64,000 nt of DNA from Phycisphaeraceae bacterium (lineage in GTDB: Bacteria; Planctomycetota; Phycisphaerae; Phycisphaerales; Phycisphaeraceae): contig OY771506.1 in NCBI GenBank assembly GCA_963674705.1, positions 3,904,001 through 3,968,000 of the forward strand, given 5' to 3'. This document shows, one piece after another, positions 38,833 through 47,932 of the stretch. Positions within the stretch are counted from its first letter, which is position 1, and each line of letters starts with the position of its first letter. The translations under genes were made by a program, and so were the position numbers. Under the pieces are notes generated by a model. The model made no database searches. It saw only the letters and a list, made by a program, of their open reading frames with translations, and was not told the origin of the DNA.

Positions 38833-40212
38833 ATGGCAAACGAAACCAGACGCGATTTTTTAAAACTTGCCGGCAGTCTTTCTGCCGGTGTCTTACTCGG
38901 GACAACTGGTTGTGCGAGCAGTTCCAAACCATTCGGGAAAATGCCCAAAGCTTCAGGCGGATCAGCGGTAGCTCTGACAGGCCAGCCGCTGGATACCGTT
39001 CGGGTCGGCATGATCGGTGTCGGTGACCGGGGCTCACAGCACATCCTCAAGCTTGTGCAGATCAAGCATGTGGAGATTGTTGCCCTCGCTGATCCCTATG
39101 TCTCCGCCGCCAAGAAGAATCAGATAATCTGCACCGAGCACGGGCATACCGCTCCGGACCTCTATACCAACGGGGAGCATGATTACAAACGCATGCTAGA
39201 ACGGGACGACATCGACGCTGTGTGGATATCCACGCCTTGGCGGTGGCATTGCCCTCAGGGGGTTGACGTCATGCTTGCGGGCAAGCACGCCTTCATCGAG
39301 GTGCCTATGGCTCTGACGATCGATGAACTTTGGAAGCTGGTCGATACCTGCGAGAAGACAGGTCAGCACTGCATGATGATGGAGAACGTCAACTTCGGCC
39401 GGGATGAGCTGCTCGCGCTGAACCTCTGTCGGCATGGCGTGCTCGGTGAGTTGACGCACGGTGAGGCAGCGTACATACATGACCTGCGCTACCAGATGAA
39501 AGATATCGACCACGATACCGGTTCCTGGCGTACCGCGTATCACACCAAGGAAAACGGCAACCTTTATCCGACCCACGGCCTTGGACCGGTCGCCCAGTAC
39601 ATGAATGTTGACCGAACTGATGACCGTTTCCATTCGATTGTGTCCATGAGTAGCCCCGCGCTAGGTCGGCAAAAGTTCGCTGAAGCAAACTTCCCGCCGG
39701 AGCATCCGAGGCGCAAGGCTAAATACATCAGCGGCGATATGAGTACGAGCATCATCAAGACGCATCTCGGCAGAACAATTATGGTGCAGTGGGACACAGC
39801 AACACCCCGGCCATACTCACGCCATAACCTGATCCAGGGGACGAACGGCATATTTGCCGGCTTCCCGACACGACTGGCCGTCGAAGGACGCGGCAGTTAT
39901 CACCACTGGACGCAGGGCGATGAGTTGAAGGAAGTTTACGAGGAGTACGAGCACCCGCTCTGGAAACGCATGGGCGAAGAGGCCGAGCGCGTCGGTGGGC
40001 ATGGCGGGATGGACTTCATTATGAACAGCCGGATCGTCGAGTGCCTGCGTAACGGCGAGCCGATGGATCAGAATGTGTATGAAGGTGCGAGCTGGTCATC
40101 AGTGCGGCCGCTTAGCGAGTGGTCGGTCGCCCATGGCGGGGCACCAATTATGTTCCCCGACTTTACGCGGGGCAAGTGGAAGAGCACGATGCCATTGGGA
40201 ATCGTTAGCTGA
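38833..40212 (+). CDS. GH109 NAD+-dependent alpha-N-acetylgalactosaminidase-like (Gfo/Idh/MocA), Tat-exported
   Basis: TRRDFLK Tat signal; GVGDRG, EVP, MENV, YIH, YPTHGLGP, GGHGGMD and PDFTRG. Confidence 0.92.
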   Translation: MANETRRDFLKLAGSLSAGVLLGTTGCASSSKPFGKMPKASGGSAVALTGQPLDTVRVGMIGVGDRGSQHILKLVQIKHVEIVALADPYVSAAKKNQIICTEHGHTAPDLYTNGEHDYKRMLERDDIDAVWISTPWRWHCPQGVDVMLAGKHAFIEVPMALTIDELWKLVDTCEKTGQHCMMMENVNFGRDELLALNLCRHGVLGELTHGEAAYIHDLRYQMKDIDHDTGSWRTAYHTKENGNLYPTHGLGPVAQYMNVDRTDDRFHSIVSMSSPALGRQKFAEANFPPEHPRRKAKYISGDMSTSIIKTHLGRTIMVQWDTATPRPYSRHNLIQGTNGIFAGFPTRLAVEGRGSYHHWTQGDELKEVYEEYEHPLWKRMGEEAERVGGHGGMDFIMNSRIVECLRNGEPMDQNVYEGASWSSVRPLSEWSVAHGGAPIMFPDFTRGKWKSTMPLGIVS

Positions 40213-40240
40213 CGATATCTTTCAAAGTATGCGCCATAGC

Positions 40241-40269
40241 AAAAGAAAAACCCCGGTGATGACCGGGGT
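40241..40269 (-). terminator. Intrinsic terminator
   Basis: ACCCCGGT-GATG-ACCGGGGT with an A-tract on its left. Confidence 0.75.
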
Positions 40270-40319
40270 CTGGGGGGCATTCAGCCTGTGGTGGCAGGCT
40301 GATTGGTGGTATGTTTTTT

Positions 40320-41273
40320 TTAAAGATCAAGCTCGTTTTTGGCTGGCGGCGGTGGGGGAGGCGGGCCGTCATCCTGGCCACGCCGATTCCCTCGTGGGCC
40401 CTCGCCACGTCCTCGGCGATCGCCACGGTTTTCCTCACGGAACTTACGCATCTGCTCGATGTTCTTATCAAGCTGGGCCTGCTGTTCTTCGTTGAGGATT
40501 TCTTTCACCGCTTCGATCTTCTCATCGCGTGTCTTGTCGGAGCGGACGATATCACGTAATTGTTCCTTCTGTTCATCACTCAGGTTCAGGTTGCCGAACA
40601 GTCCGCCACCCGGGCCACGGCGTTGGGCGTCACGCGGCGGGCCGTCACCATCCGGCCCCATACCTTCACCTCGAGGTGGCCTATTGCCATCTGGGCCCAT
40701 CCCTTCACCCGGAGGCGGGCCATCGGGGCGACCTTCACGCATCTGCTCCATACGCTCACGTAACTTCGCGATCCGCTCGTCAAAAGTTGTTTGCTGTTCT
40801 TCGGTCAGCAGGGTACGGATCTGGTCATGTGTGGCGTCGGGCTTAGGCGCCGAATCCATCAACGCATGTACCTTCTCACGCAGGGCATCCATGGCTTCCT
40901 GATCGCCGCGTGCTTCTCGCATCTGCTCCCGAATCGCATCGAACTCTTCCTTGTGTTCTTCGTGCCAGGCGCGGCGTTCTTCGGCATGCGCCTTCATGAT
41001 CTCGCCGATCTGTGCCTTCTGTTCGTCTGTCAATTCCATCCCGGCAAACAGGCGTTTGAGAATTGCGCCGGGGTCACGTTGACCACGCATACCGCGTTCG
41101 CCCGCATCACCACCACGACGTGGGCCACGTTCGCCGTCGACCTGTTTACGCATAGGCCGATCGCCGTCCGGGGGGCCGTCATCTGCAGGTTGAGCAAGTG
41201 CGTATCCGCCACTTATTGCCAGCACGGAAGCAAGAATGAGTGTCCCGCCTTTGCTGTGTGTGTATCTGAACAT
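40320..41273 (-). CDS. Spy/CpxP-like (LTxxQ) periplasmic protein
   Basis: Signal peptide; LTDEQ, LTEEQ, LSDEQ and LNEEQ repeats with G/P/R-rich linkers. Confidence 0.85.
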   Translation of the reverse strand: MFRYTHSKGGTLILASVLAISGGYALAQPADDGPPDGDRPMRKQVDGERGPRRGGDAGERGMRGQRDPGAILKRLFAGMELTDEQKAQIGEIMKAHAEERRAWHEEHKEEFDAIREQMREARGDQEAMDALREKVHALMDSAPKPDATHDQIRTLLTEEQQTTFDERIAKLRERMEQMREGRPDGPPPGEGMGPDGNRPPRGEGMGPDGDGPPRDAQRRGPGGGLFGNLNLSDEQKEQLRDIVRSDKTRDEKIEAVKEILNEEQQAQLDKNIEQMRKFREENRGDRRGRGEGPRGNRRGQDDGPPPPPPPAKNELDL

Positions 41274-41460
41274 AATCTATTCCTTTCCAAGGTTGTGATG
41301 CTCTGTCTTAGTGCCCCAGTCAGGGGCTTCATACGGCATAACGGCCATACAAGCCCGTTATTGCATTCTTGTTTCATCTCATTGGTCTGTCGGCCTGACT
41401 GGCCTTATGATTGGCAAATTCACCCCGTGAAAACCTTATCGGTAATTTGGAGAAGTAACC

Positions 41461-42312
41461 ATGGCTAAGTCACCCCCGTCACAAAACGCACAATCCCAAC
41501 CACCGGCGCAATTACCCGGCGTAGACCGAATTATCGCTGTGGGGGCCGGTAAGGGGGGCGTAGGCAAGTCCACTATTTCAGTCAATCTCGCGGTCGGACT
41601 CGCACGGGCAGGGGCAAAAGTTGGAATCCTCGACGGTGATATCTACGGCCCGAGCCTGCCGACCATGCTCGGGATCAAAGGCCAGCAACCGCGTGCAGAC
41701 TGTAATGTGCTGATCCCTTTCGATGTCCACGGCTTGGAAGCGATGACGCTCGGTGCTCTGGTCGAAGAAGAAAAACCCTTGATCTGGCGCGGCCCCATGG
41801 CCCACGGGGCGTTCCAGCAGATCGCAACCCAAACACGCTGGGATAATCTGGATTACCTGATCATCGACCTGCCGCCGGGTACGGGTGATGTGCCGTTAAC
41901 CATGAGCCAGTTGTTGCCGCTGACCGGTGCGGTCGTCGTCTGTACGCCACAGAAGGTGGCACAGGATGATGCACGGCGAGCGGTGCGAATGTTCCAGGCG
42001 CTGGGCGTCGAGGTGCTTGGCGTCGTTGAAAACATGAGCTACTTCATCGGCGACGACGGCAAGGAATACGACATCTTCGGCAAGGGCGGCGCCGAAGCGA
42101 TGGCCGCGCAGATGGGCTTGCCTTCACTCGGCGCAATCCCGATCAACATGGCTCTGCGTCACAACTGCGATGCCGGTGACCCGACCGCAAACTTCACCGC
42201 GGGCGACAAACTAACTGAAGAGTTGGAAATGTTGGTTAAGAAGTTCAGCGAGCGTGTGGAAGAGCACATCGCCTCCGGCGGCACCGAGCAGCCGACGATT
42301 ACGGTGTCCTGA
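41461..42312 (+). CDS. mrp: Mrp/ApbC/NBP35 Fe-S cluster carrier ATPase
   Basis: GKGGVGKST, DIYGPS, WRGPM, DLPPGTGD and ENMS; the C-terminal CxxC is absent (SYFIGDDG). Confidence 0.93.
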   Translation: MAKSPPSQNAQSQPPAQLPGVDRIIAVGAGKGGVGKSTISVNLAVGLARAGAKVGILDGDIYGPSLPTMLGIKGQQPRADCNVLIPFDVHGLEAMTLGALVEEEKPLIWRGPMAHGAFQQIATQTRWDNLDYLIIDLPPGTGDVPLTMSQLLPLTGAVVVCTPQKVAQDDARRAVRMFQALGVEVLGVVENMSYFIGDDGKEYDIFGKGGAEAMAAQMGLPSLGAIPINMALRHNCDAGDPTANFTAGDKLTEELEMLVKKFSERVEEHIASGGTEQPTITVS

Positions 42313-42334
42313 CAACGGTCATTACAAGGGATCT

Positions 42335-42401
42335 ACACAGATAAACACAGATGAAGAAATAGGCTTATTGTCCTATGCCATTCATTTGTGTTCATCTCTG
42401 T
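42335..42401. repeat. Inverted repeat of 10-bp ACACAGAT units
   Basis: ACACAGATAAACACAGATGAA ... TTCATTTGTGTTCATCTCTGT; same family as 9694-9785. Confidence 0.7.
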
Positions 42402-42428
42402 TTTAAATTTCTATGTGATTCTGCAGCA

Positions 42429-42977
42429 TCACCGATTCCACGGCATCTTGGCAAGGACCACGCTCATGCCGCACCAGTCGGTGATGCCGGCGAAGATCAG
42501 GCCGCAGCCGACGAAGCCGCAGATCGCATAGAACCACGGATTGACCAGTGTACCGAGCAGCACGCCGGTTAATACGAATGCGCCAGCTCCAATACGGACC
42601 TGTCGATCCAATGGTATCACGTTCTTTTCGTGAATAATGGGCAGGCCTGCTTCTTCACAGGCTTTGGTGCCGCCCTCAACACAGATCGCGTTCACACCGG
42701 CTTTGATCAGCAGTTCACAAGCGTTCTTGGCGCGTGCTCCACTGTGGCAGATGACATACAACGGCCTGTCATTACCGTCTGGTTGGAGTTCTTGTGCTGA
42801 ATGAATACTCAACTTATCCAGCGGGAAATTCCGCGCGATGCTTACACGCTTGCCGCGGTACTCTCTGGGTGTACGGACATCGATCAGGTTAATCGAGCCG
42901 TCTTTTTCAATCTTGATTTTCAGGTCGGTTGGGGCAATCGTTTGCACCTTGGTGGGTGCGGACATCTTTGTGGTCAT
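42429..42977 (-). CDS. YgaP-like rhodanese + DUF2892 membrane sulfurtransferase
   Basis: IDVRTP.EY, ICHSGAR, L.RQV, GL.FAG.T.WCGM and MPWN. Confidence 0.92.
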   Translation of the reverse strand: MTTKMSAPTKVQTIAPTDLKIKIEKDGSINLIDVRTPREYRGKRVSIARNFPLDKLSIHSAQELQPDGNDRPLYVICHSGARAKNACELLIKAGVNAICVEGGTKACEEAGLPIIHEKNVIPLDRQVRIGAGAFVLTGVLLGTLVNPWFYAICGFVGCGLIFAGITDWCGMSVVLAKMPWNR

Positions 42978-42982
42978 AGGTA

Positions 42983-44674
42983 CTACTTATCCTGGGTACG
43001 AAGTTGTTTGGCAGCTAGCGCGTGTACGCGCATGAACACACCGCCTGTCATATTGGAAACGTCTTTGAATCCGTGCTGCATCAGCATGCGGCAGGCAACA
43101 TACGAGCGTGGCCCGGTTGCACAGGTCACGATAGTTGGCTTGGATGGGTCCAGTTCACCGATCCGTTGACGCAGTTCATCGACCGGTATATGGATTACAC
43201 CATTGGCTTCCGGTACAGGTTTACGATTCACTTCCGGTGCGGTTCGTACATCGAGAATCTGCTTACCGTTAAGATCTGCATCCGGTGCGGCGAATTTAAC
43301 GAGGCCATCGAGTATGTTGCATGCGGTGAAGGCCGCCATATGCACCGGGTCCTTGGCTGCACCAAAAGGCGGGGCGTAGGTCAGGTCCAGGCCAGTCAGG
43401 TCACGTACGGTTGCGCCGAACTGCATCGCAGTCGCGATCACATCGATTCGTTTATCGATGCCCTCCGCGCCGACAGCCTGCGCGCCGAGCACTTTGCCTG
43501 TTCCGGGTTCAAAGATCAGTTTCAAGACCATCTGCATCGCGCCGGGGTAATAGCCGACGTGATGGTTTGCCAGAATCGTTACGCTTTCTGCCTTCTGACC
43601 GAGTCTGTCAGCCATCTTTTCGGATAAGCCTGTACTGCCAGCAGCCAGACCGAAGACACGCGCGATGGCGGTGCCTTGAACCGGAGCCCAGCTATCCGCC
43701 GAACCGCTTGCCGCGTGCTGGCCCGCCAGTCGACCGGCGCGGTTTGCCGGGCCTGCCAACGGGACGCGCATGGATCTACCCGCCGGGCCGTAAACGTACT
43801 CTGCCGCATCACCGACCGCGTAGATATCCGGATCATCGGTCTTGCCATCCGCATCAACCGCTATCCCGCCGGTCTCGCCTAGAGACAAGTCGGCATCTTT
43901 AGCAAGCTGTACATTCGGGCGAACGCCGACACCGAGAATCACGAGGTCCGTCTCAACGACCGCACCACTATTAAGAACAACAGCCTCAGCCTTGCCCTCA
44001 CTGACGCGGATATCATTGATCCCATCACCCAGATGCAGAGCGATCTTGTGGGCTTCCAGTTCTTCCTTCAAGAGGTGCGCCATCTCCGCATCCAGCGGCG
44101 GCAGCACCTGGTCGGCCAGTTCGACCAGTGTTGTCTCGATACCAAGACCATGGAACTGCTCGACCATTTCCAGGCCGATGAAGCCGGCGCCGATCACGAC
44201 CGCACGTTGGGGTTTCTGAACATCCAGGTAATCCTTGATGCGGTCCGTGCCTTCAACGTTGCGGACGGTAAACACATTAGCCGCGCCCGCCCCGCCGATG
44301 GGAGGGATGATCGGCGAGGCGCCGGGCGCGAGGATCAACTTGTCATACGCCAACTCATACGTTTCCCCGGACCGATGATTGAGCACTGTGACCACTTTCC
44401 CGGGGCGGTCGATCGCGGTGACTTCGGAGCGCGTACGCACATCGATGTTGAATCGTTCAGCGAACAACTCCGGCTTGGCGACCAGCAATTTGTCACGCTT
44501 GACGATTTCGCCGCCCAGGTAGTAGGGCAGACCGCAGTTGGCGAAGGATACGTCCCGGTCCTTCTCCAGCATGATAATCTGTGCGTTTTCATTCATGCGC
44601 CTGGCGCGGGTCGCAGCCGAGGCTCCGCCTGCGACACCGCCGACGATCACAATACGTACTACTTCACTACTCAA
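42983..44674 (-). CDS. CoA-disulfide/persulfide reductase with rhodanese domain (CoADR-RHD/Npsr-like)
   Basis: GGVAGGAS, SFANCGLPY, GAGFIGLE, YAPPF and C-terminal CATGPRS. Confidence 0.93.
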   Translation of the reverse strand: MSSEVVRIVIVGGVAGGASAATRARRMNENAQIIMLEKDRDVSFANCGLPYYLGGEIVKRDKLLVAKPELFAERFNIDVRTRSEVTAIDRPGKVVTVLNHRSGETYELAYDKLILAPGASPIIPPIGGAGAANVFTVRNVEGTDRIKDYLDVQKPQRAVVIGAGFIGLEMVEQFHGLGIETTLVELADQVLPPLDAEMAHLLKEELEAHKIALHLGDGINDIRVSEGKAEAVVLNSGAVVETDLVILGVGVRPNVQLAKDADLSLGETGGIAVDADGKTDDPDIYAVGDAAEYVYGPAGRSMRVPLAGPANRAGRLAGQHAASGSADSWAPVQGTAIARVFGLAAGSTGLSEKMADRLGQKAESVTILANHHVGYYPGAMQMVLKLIFEPGTGKVLGAQAVGAEGIDKRIDVIATAMQFGATVRDLTGLDLTYAPPFGAAKDPVHMAAFTACNILDGLVKFAAPDADLNGKQILDVRTAPEVNRKPVPEANGVIHIPVDELRQRIGELDPSKPTIVTCATGPRSYVACRMLMQHGFKDVSNMTGGVFMRVHALAAKQLRTQDK

Positions 44675-45276
44675 GCCGTACCTCCGGTCAATTTAGTTTC
44701 TTTGGGCGCGCTGGAGTCCGTCCGTTTGGCGCCTGATTCAAGTAAGAAAAAGATGACACCCGCAATGATAGCCAGCCCGAGGATGAACCACCAAGGCGAA
44801 ATGCCCGTTACGTCCGCAAAAGTCACCTTGCCTTGGTCCGCCACCTTCAGGAAACCATCTTTGATGTAGGGGTAGACCTCGGCATAAATCCCGGCGCCGA
44901 CAACCATTCCAAACAGGCCCGGCCAGGCATGCCGCGAACCATCACCCAGCGCCGCGACTCCCGTCCCCGGGCAGTAGCCCAGAATCGCCATACCCACGCC
45001 AAAGATCAACCCGCCCACGATGTTGGCAAGTAGCGTAGCGTTCTTGATGTGCAGGCCGGTCGGCTCAAGCATACCCAGTTGCAGCATGCCCCAGATGCCG
45101 ATCGCGCCAACGATGATGGCGGTCAGCATGGTCTTGAGCACGGTGAAGTCCTTCATCAGGAATTGCCCGATGATGACGTTGTACCGCGTCACACCACCAC
45201 GCTGTAGAAGCAGCCCGAATACCAGGCCGGTGACAAGCCCGGCAATCAACATCGAACCAGAATCAAAGCTCCACAT
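44671..45276 (-). CDS. YeeE/YedE-family sulfur transport membrane protein
   Basis: FGLLLQR, DFTVLK and GGLIFGVG..ILGYCPGT. Confidence 0.9.
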   Translation of the reverse strand: MWSFDSGSMLIAGLVTGLVFGLLLQRGGVTRYNVIIGQFLMKDFTVLKTMLTAIIVGAIGIWGMLQLGMLEPTGLHIKNATLLANIVGGLIFGVGMAILGYCPGTGVAALGDGSRHAWPGLFGMVVGAGIYAEVYPYIKDGFLKVADQGKVTFADVTGISPWWFILGLAIIAGVIFFLLESGAKRTDSSAPKETKLTGGTA

Positions 45277-45859
45277 GATCGCGTCCTTTCATACCGAATA
45301 ATGCGAATGCCGTGACGACGCCCGATGCAAACATCGCAAAGAAGAAGGTCCATGAACCCACTGTTAGCTGCAGCCCGCCGGAGATGCCGTGCCCTGAAGT
45401 GCAACCGCCCGCCATACGTGCGCCGAACAGTAGCAGCACGCCACCGATAAACGCCGCGATATACCGCTTCATCTTACTGGGCCCAAACCGAGCCGCCCAG
45501 ATACTCGGCACATGCTCAACAAACTTATCCCTTGCCAGCAGCTTCGATCCAACCAACGCGCCGCCGACCAGTCCGATCACCAGCATGAACTGCCAGTCGA
45601 ACATGTTCTTCTTAGGCGGGGCAAAGTACTTGGCGTAATAAGCATTGGATTCGACATGCTCCGGCGCGACGATACCCGTCACGCAGCCGGAGATATGGGC
45701 CATGGTCGTGCTGGTACCCAGCGCTTTACCCATGCCATAGAACGTGACCCAACTGAGTACACCGATCAATGCCCCGACAAGGTAGGGGCTCCATCGTTTT
45801 CGTCCGAGTAATGTGCACGCAATCGGGCAGGATTGTTCCTGGTCTGCTTGCATTTTCAT
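45263..45859 (-). CDS. YeeE/YedE-family sulfur transport membrane protein
   Basis: WSPY..GALIG and FGARMAGGCTSGHGISG. Confidence 0.92.
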   Translation of the reverse strand: MKMQADQEQSCPIACTLLGRKRWSPYLVGALIGVLSWVTFYGMGKALGTSTTMAHISGCVTGIVAPEHVESNAYYAKYFAPPKKNMFDWQFMLVIGLVGGALVGSKLLARDKFVEHVPSIWAARFGPSKMKRYIAAFIGGVLLLFGARMAGGCTSGHGISGGLQLTVGSWTFFFAMFASGVVTAFALFGMKGRDHVEL

Positions 45860-45952
45860 GCTCCGTAAGGGGTAGGGGATAGTCTTGTAGGACGATCCGA
45901 GGCAGCACGAATACTCGCCGTAGGATCGCGTTGTATATCAGCAGGCCTTGGC

Positions 45953-46264
45953 CTATTCGGCATTACACCTGTGTCTGTGGATACATTGGATCACGTTGAT
46001 CGCATTGGGATTGTCCACCCGGTAATAAGCCGTGCGTCCTTCGCGCTCGACATCGAGGATGCCATGGGCCCGCATGTGGTTCAGATGTTGACTGACCGCG
46101 CTCGGCGCAAGGTCGACCGCTTCGGCCAACTCCCCGACGCTCAGGCGTCCACCCATCAACAGCTCAACAAACTTCAGCCGATGCGGGTGCGCCAGCACAC
46201 GCAGCACGCGTGCGGATTCCTCAAGCATCTCAATATCCAACGGCGGTTTGATCGCTTGGCTCAT
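45953..46264 (-). CDS. ArsR/SmtB-family regulator
   Basis: LAHPHRL, SVGEL, SAVSQHL and REGRTAYY. Confidence 0.93.
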   Translation of the reverse strand: MSQAIKPPLDIEMLEESARVLRVLAHPHRLKFVELLMGGRLSVGELAEAVDLAPSAVSQHLNHMRAHGILDVEREGRTAYYRVDNPNAINVIQCIHRHRCNAE

Positions 46265-46270
46265 AGTGTC

Positions 46271-46298
46271 AATATATCAATGGATTATGATATGTCAA
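46271..46298 (-). promoter_or_regulatory. Sigma-70 promoter overlapped by an ArsR-type operator; probably leaderless
   Basis: TTGACA-N16-TATATT ending 6 nt before the ATG; palindrome ATATCA-N8-TGATAT at 46274-46293. Confidence 0.7.
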
Positions 46299-46345
46299 GG
46301 TGTGGATTGGGGAAATATAACAAGGAGGGGCGTATCTATATGATA

Positions 46346-46852
46346 TTACTTGGCTTGCGCAGATGTCAGATTAATAGGCTCGCCACATTCTGGGCAGGTT
46401 GCGGCATCGCTTCTACCTCGTAAGTTATAGCCACAGCTATAACAATCACCAAGCCTGGGTTTCCTGGTCAATCTAAAAGCGATGTGAGTCAGAGGTAAGG
46501 CTATGAGCAATAGCAGTAGGATCCAAGATGGAAACGTGGTTTCCCACTCATATTGATCCGCTTCCCAGTCAAAATGCCACCAACCTGATTTGTATCCATC
46601 TGCCATCGTTTCTGAAATTGGCCTGATGTAAAAGCATCCTGTTGGTATGCGTCCCAGATCGCTGTCCACAACCGTTACCAAGCCAGGTGACATTTCAAGC
46701 ATGTGGTAGCCAATCGGTGACTTGTGTATGAAAATATTCAGTTGATAGAAGTAGGACGTGACCCAAAGTGCGAAGCAAACGGCTATACATAAACTGCTAA
46801 TACATAAAGCTACTGAGCGCCCTCGGCCATGTTCCTTCAGCACCCGTCTCAT
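46346..46852 (-). CDS. 2-TM membrane protein with C-terminal Zn ribbon (array member 3)
   Basis: ATGA overlap with the upstream stop; CYSCGYNLRG...CPECGEPI. Confidence 0.8.
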   Translation of the reverse strand: MRRVLKEHGRGRSVALCISSLCIAVCFALWVTSYFYQLNIFIHKSPIGYHMLEMSPGLVTVVDSDLGRIPTGCFYIRPISETMADGYKSGWWHFDWEADQYEWETTFPSWILLLLLIALPLTHIAFRLTRKPRLGDCYSCGYNLRGRSDAATCPECGEPINLTSAQAK

Positions 46853-47307
46853 ATCACTTCCCCGCACTCCGGGCAGGTTGTAGACTCTTTGCTGCCACGC
46901 AGGTCGTAGCCGCATTCGTTGCAACAGCCAGTATTAATTGTATATGACCGTCTGTAAAGCAAAGCAAAAATCGGCCAGATACTTGATACCACCACGAAAA
47001 TCCACAGCGGAATAACATTGATCAAAACCCCGCCCGCATCTATGAAATCAAACCATCCGAAGACTCTTGATGGCGTAAGCCCTGCGATACTGAAGTGGAA
47101 GTGCATGCTCTTGTATGTCTCTCCGGCATTCGCAAAAACAACACACAGTTGCCCATGATTTAATTCAATCGCGATGCCCGGATAGTAGATCACGGTGTAC
47201 GAAACCAGAGATAACAGCCATATCCCGTGAACGAATACTGCAAACAGTGACGTTATGATGAGAACGCACCGAAAGACCGATCCGGTACTTCTCGGCTGAT
47301 ATCTCAT
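46849..47307 (-). CDS. 2-TM membrane protein with C-terminal Zn ribbon (array member 2)
   Basis: ATGA overlap; CNECGYDLRG...CPECGEVI. Confidence 0.8.
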   Translation of the reverse strand: MRYQPRSTGSVFRCVLIITSLFAVFVHGIWLLSLVSYTVIYYPGIAIELNHGQLCVVFANAGETYKSMHFHFSIAGLTPSRVFGWFDFIDAGGVLINVIPLWIFVVVSSIWPIFALLYRRSYTINTGCCNECGYDLRGSKESTTCPECGEVI

Positions 47308-47630
47308 ATCACCTCGCCACACTCCGGGCACTCCAGCTTCGACAAGCCCTTGAGGATATAGCCGCACTGCCTGCAGCGGCATTCGCGATCGTACTTCGGC
47401 CGCAGTATGAATATGAATGCGAGCACGCTCGTCGCACAGGTCAGGGCGGTCATGGGGATGCCGATCAGGCCTATTCTTATCAACTGCATCCACCAGAATC
47501 CCGGAGGCAGAGGGGCGTTCGCGACCTTGAGTTGGATAAACATAAGCAGATTACTGAACGCGACGCCCACCACCGTGCCGCATGCCACCGCGATCAGGAA
47601 CCGGCCGACGCCGCGTCTGGTTATCTGCAT
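47304..47630 (-). CDS. 2-TM membrane protein with C-terminal Zn ribbon (array member 1)
   Basis: GGAG RBS; CRQCGYILKG...CPECGEVI. Confidence 0.8.
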   Translation of the reverse strand: MQITRRGVGRFLIAVACGTVVGVAFSNLLMFIQLKVANAPLPPGFWWMQLIRIGLIGIPMTALTCATSVLAFIFILRPKYDRECRCRQCGYILKGLSKLECPECGEVI

Positions 47631-47764
47631 GTCGCTCCAATCAACAGGAATAGATCATATCGTCTGCCTAAGACATACCCGGATGCCCATACGTAGCCTC
47701 CGGCATGAGGTTCATCATGATTCCGGCGATTCAAGCCGTCAAGATATGTGGTCCAGACCACCCA

Positions 47765-47794
47765 TTGCATACCCCCGGGCCAATCGCCTATACT
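47765..47794 (+). promoter_or_regulatory. Sigma-70 promoter for the tRNA
   Basis: TTGCAT-N18-TATACT. Confidence 0.6.
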
Positions 47795-47807
47795 TTCCTA
47801 ATTGGCC

Positions 47808-47891
47808 GGCCGCGTGCCCGAGTGGACTAAGGGGGCTGATTGCAAATCAGCTAGGCTTCGCCTGTCGTGGGTTCGAATCCCACCGCGGCCT
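47808..47891 (+). tRNA. tRNA-Cys(GCA) with long variable arm; CCA not encoded
   Basis: Acceptor GGCCGCG/CGCGGCC plus U73; anticodon arm GCTGA-TTGCAAA-TCAGC; V region TAGGCTTCGCCTGTC; T arm GTGGG-TTCGAAT-CCCAC. Confidence 0.93.
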
Positions 47892-47895
47892 TTTC

Positions 47896-47923
47896 GACCC
47901 GCTTTCATAGCGGGTCTTTTTTT
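47896..47923 (+). terminator. Intrinsic terminator after the tRNA
   Basis: GACCCGCT-TTCAT-AGCGGGTC followed by T7. Confidence 0.9.
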
Positions 47924-47932
47924 GTCGTGTGT

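Noticed and set aside
40640..40720. Repeated GEGMGPDG coding segments as a DNA repeat element
   Set aside because: Low-complexity linker within the Spy/CpxP-like protein.
46853..46924. Longer starts for Zn-ribbon array genes given in the ORF track (46924, 47493)
   Set aside because: They overlap the upstream paralog out of frame; ATGA-coupled starts at 46852 and 47307 fit better.
47808..47891. selC or selC*-type tRNA
   Set aside because: The fold is 7/5 with a 3-bp D stem and a GCA anticodon, not the 8/5 or 8/4 acceptor/T geometry or long D stem.
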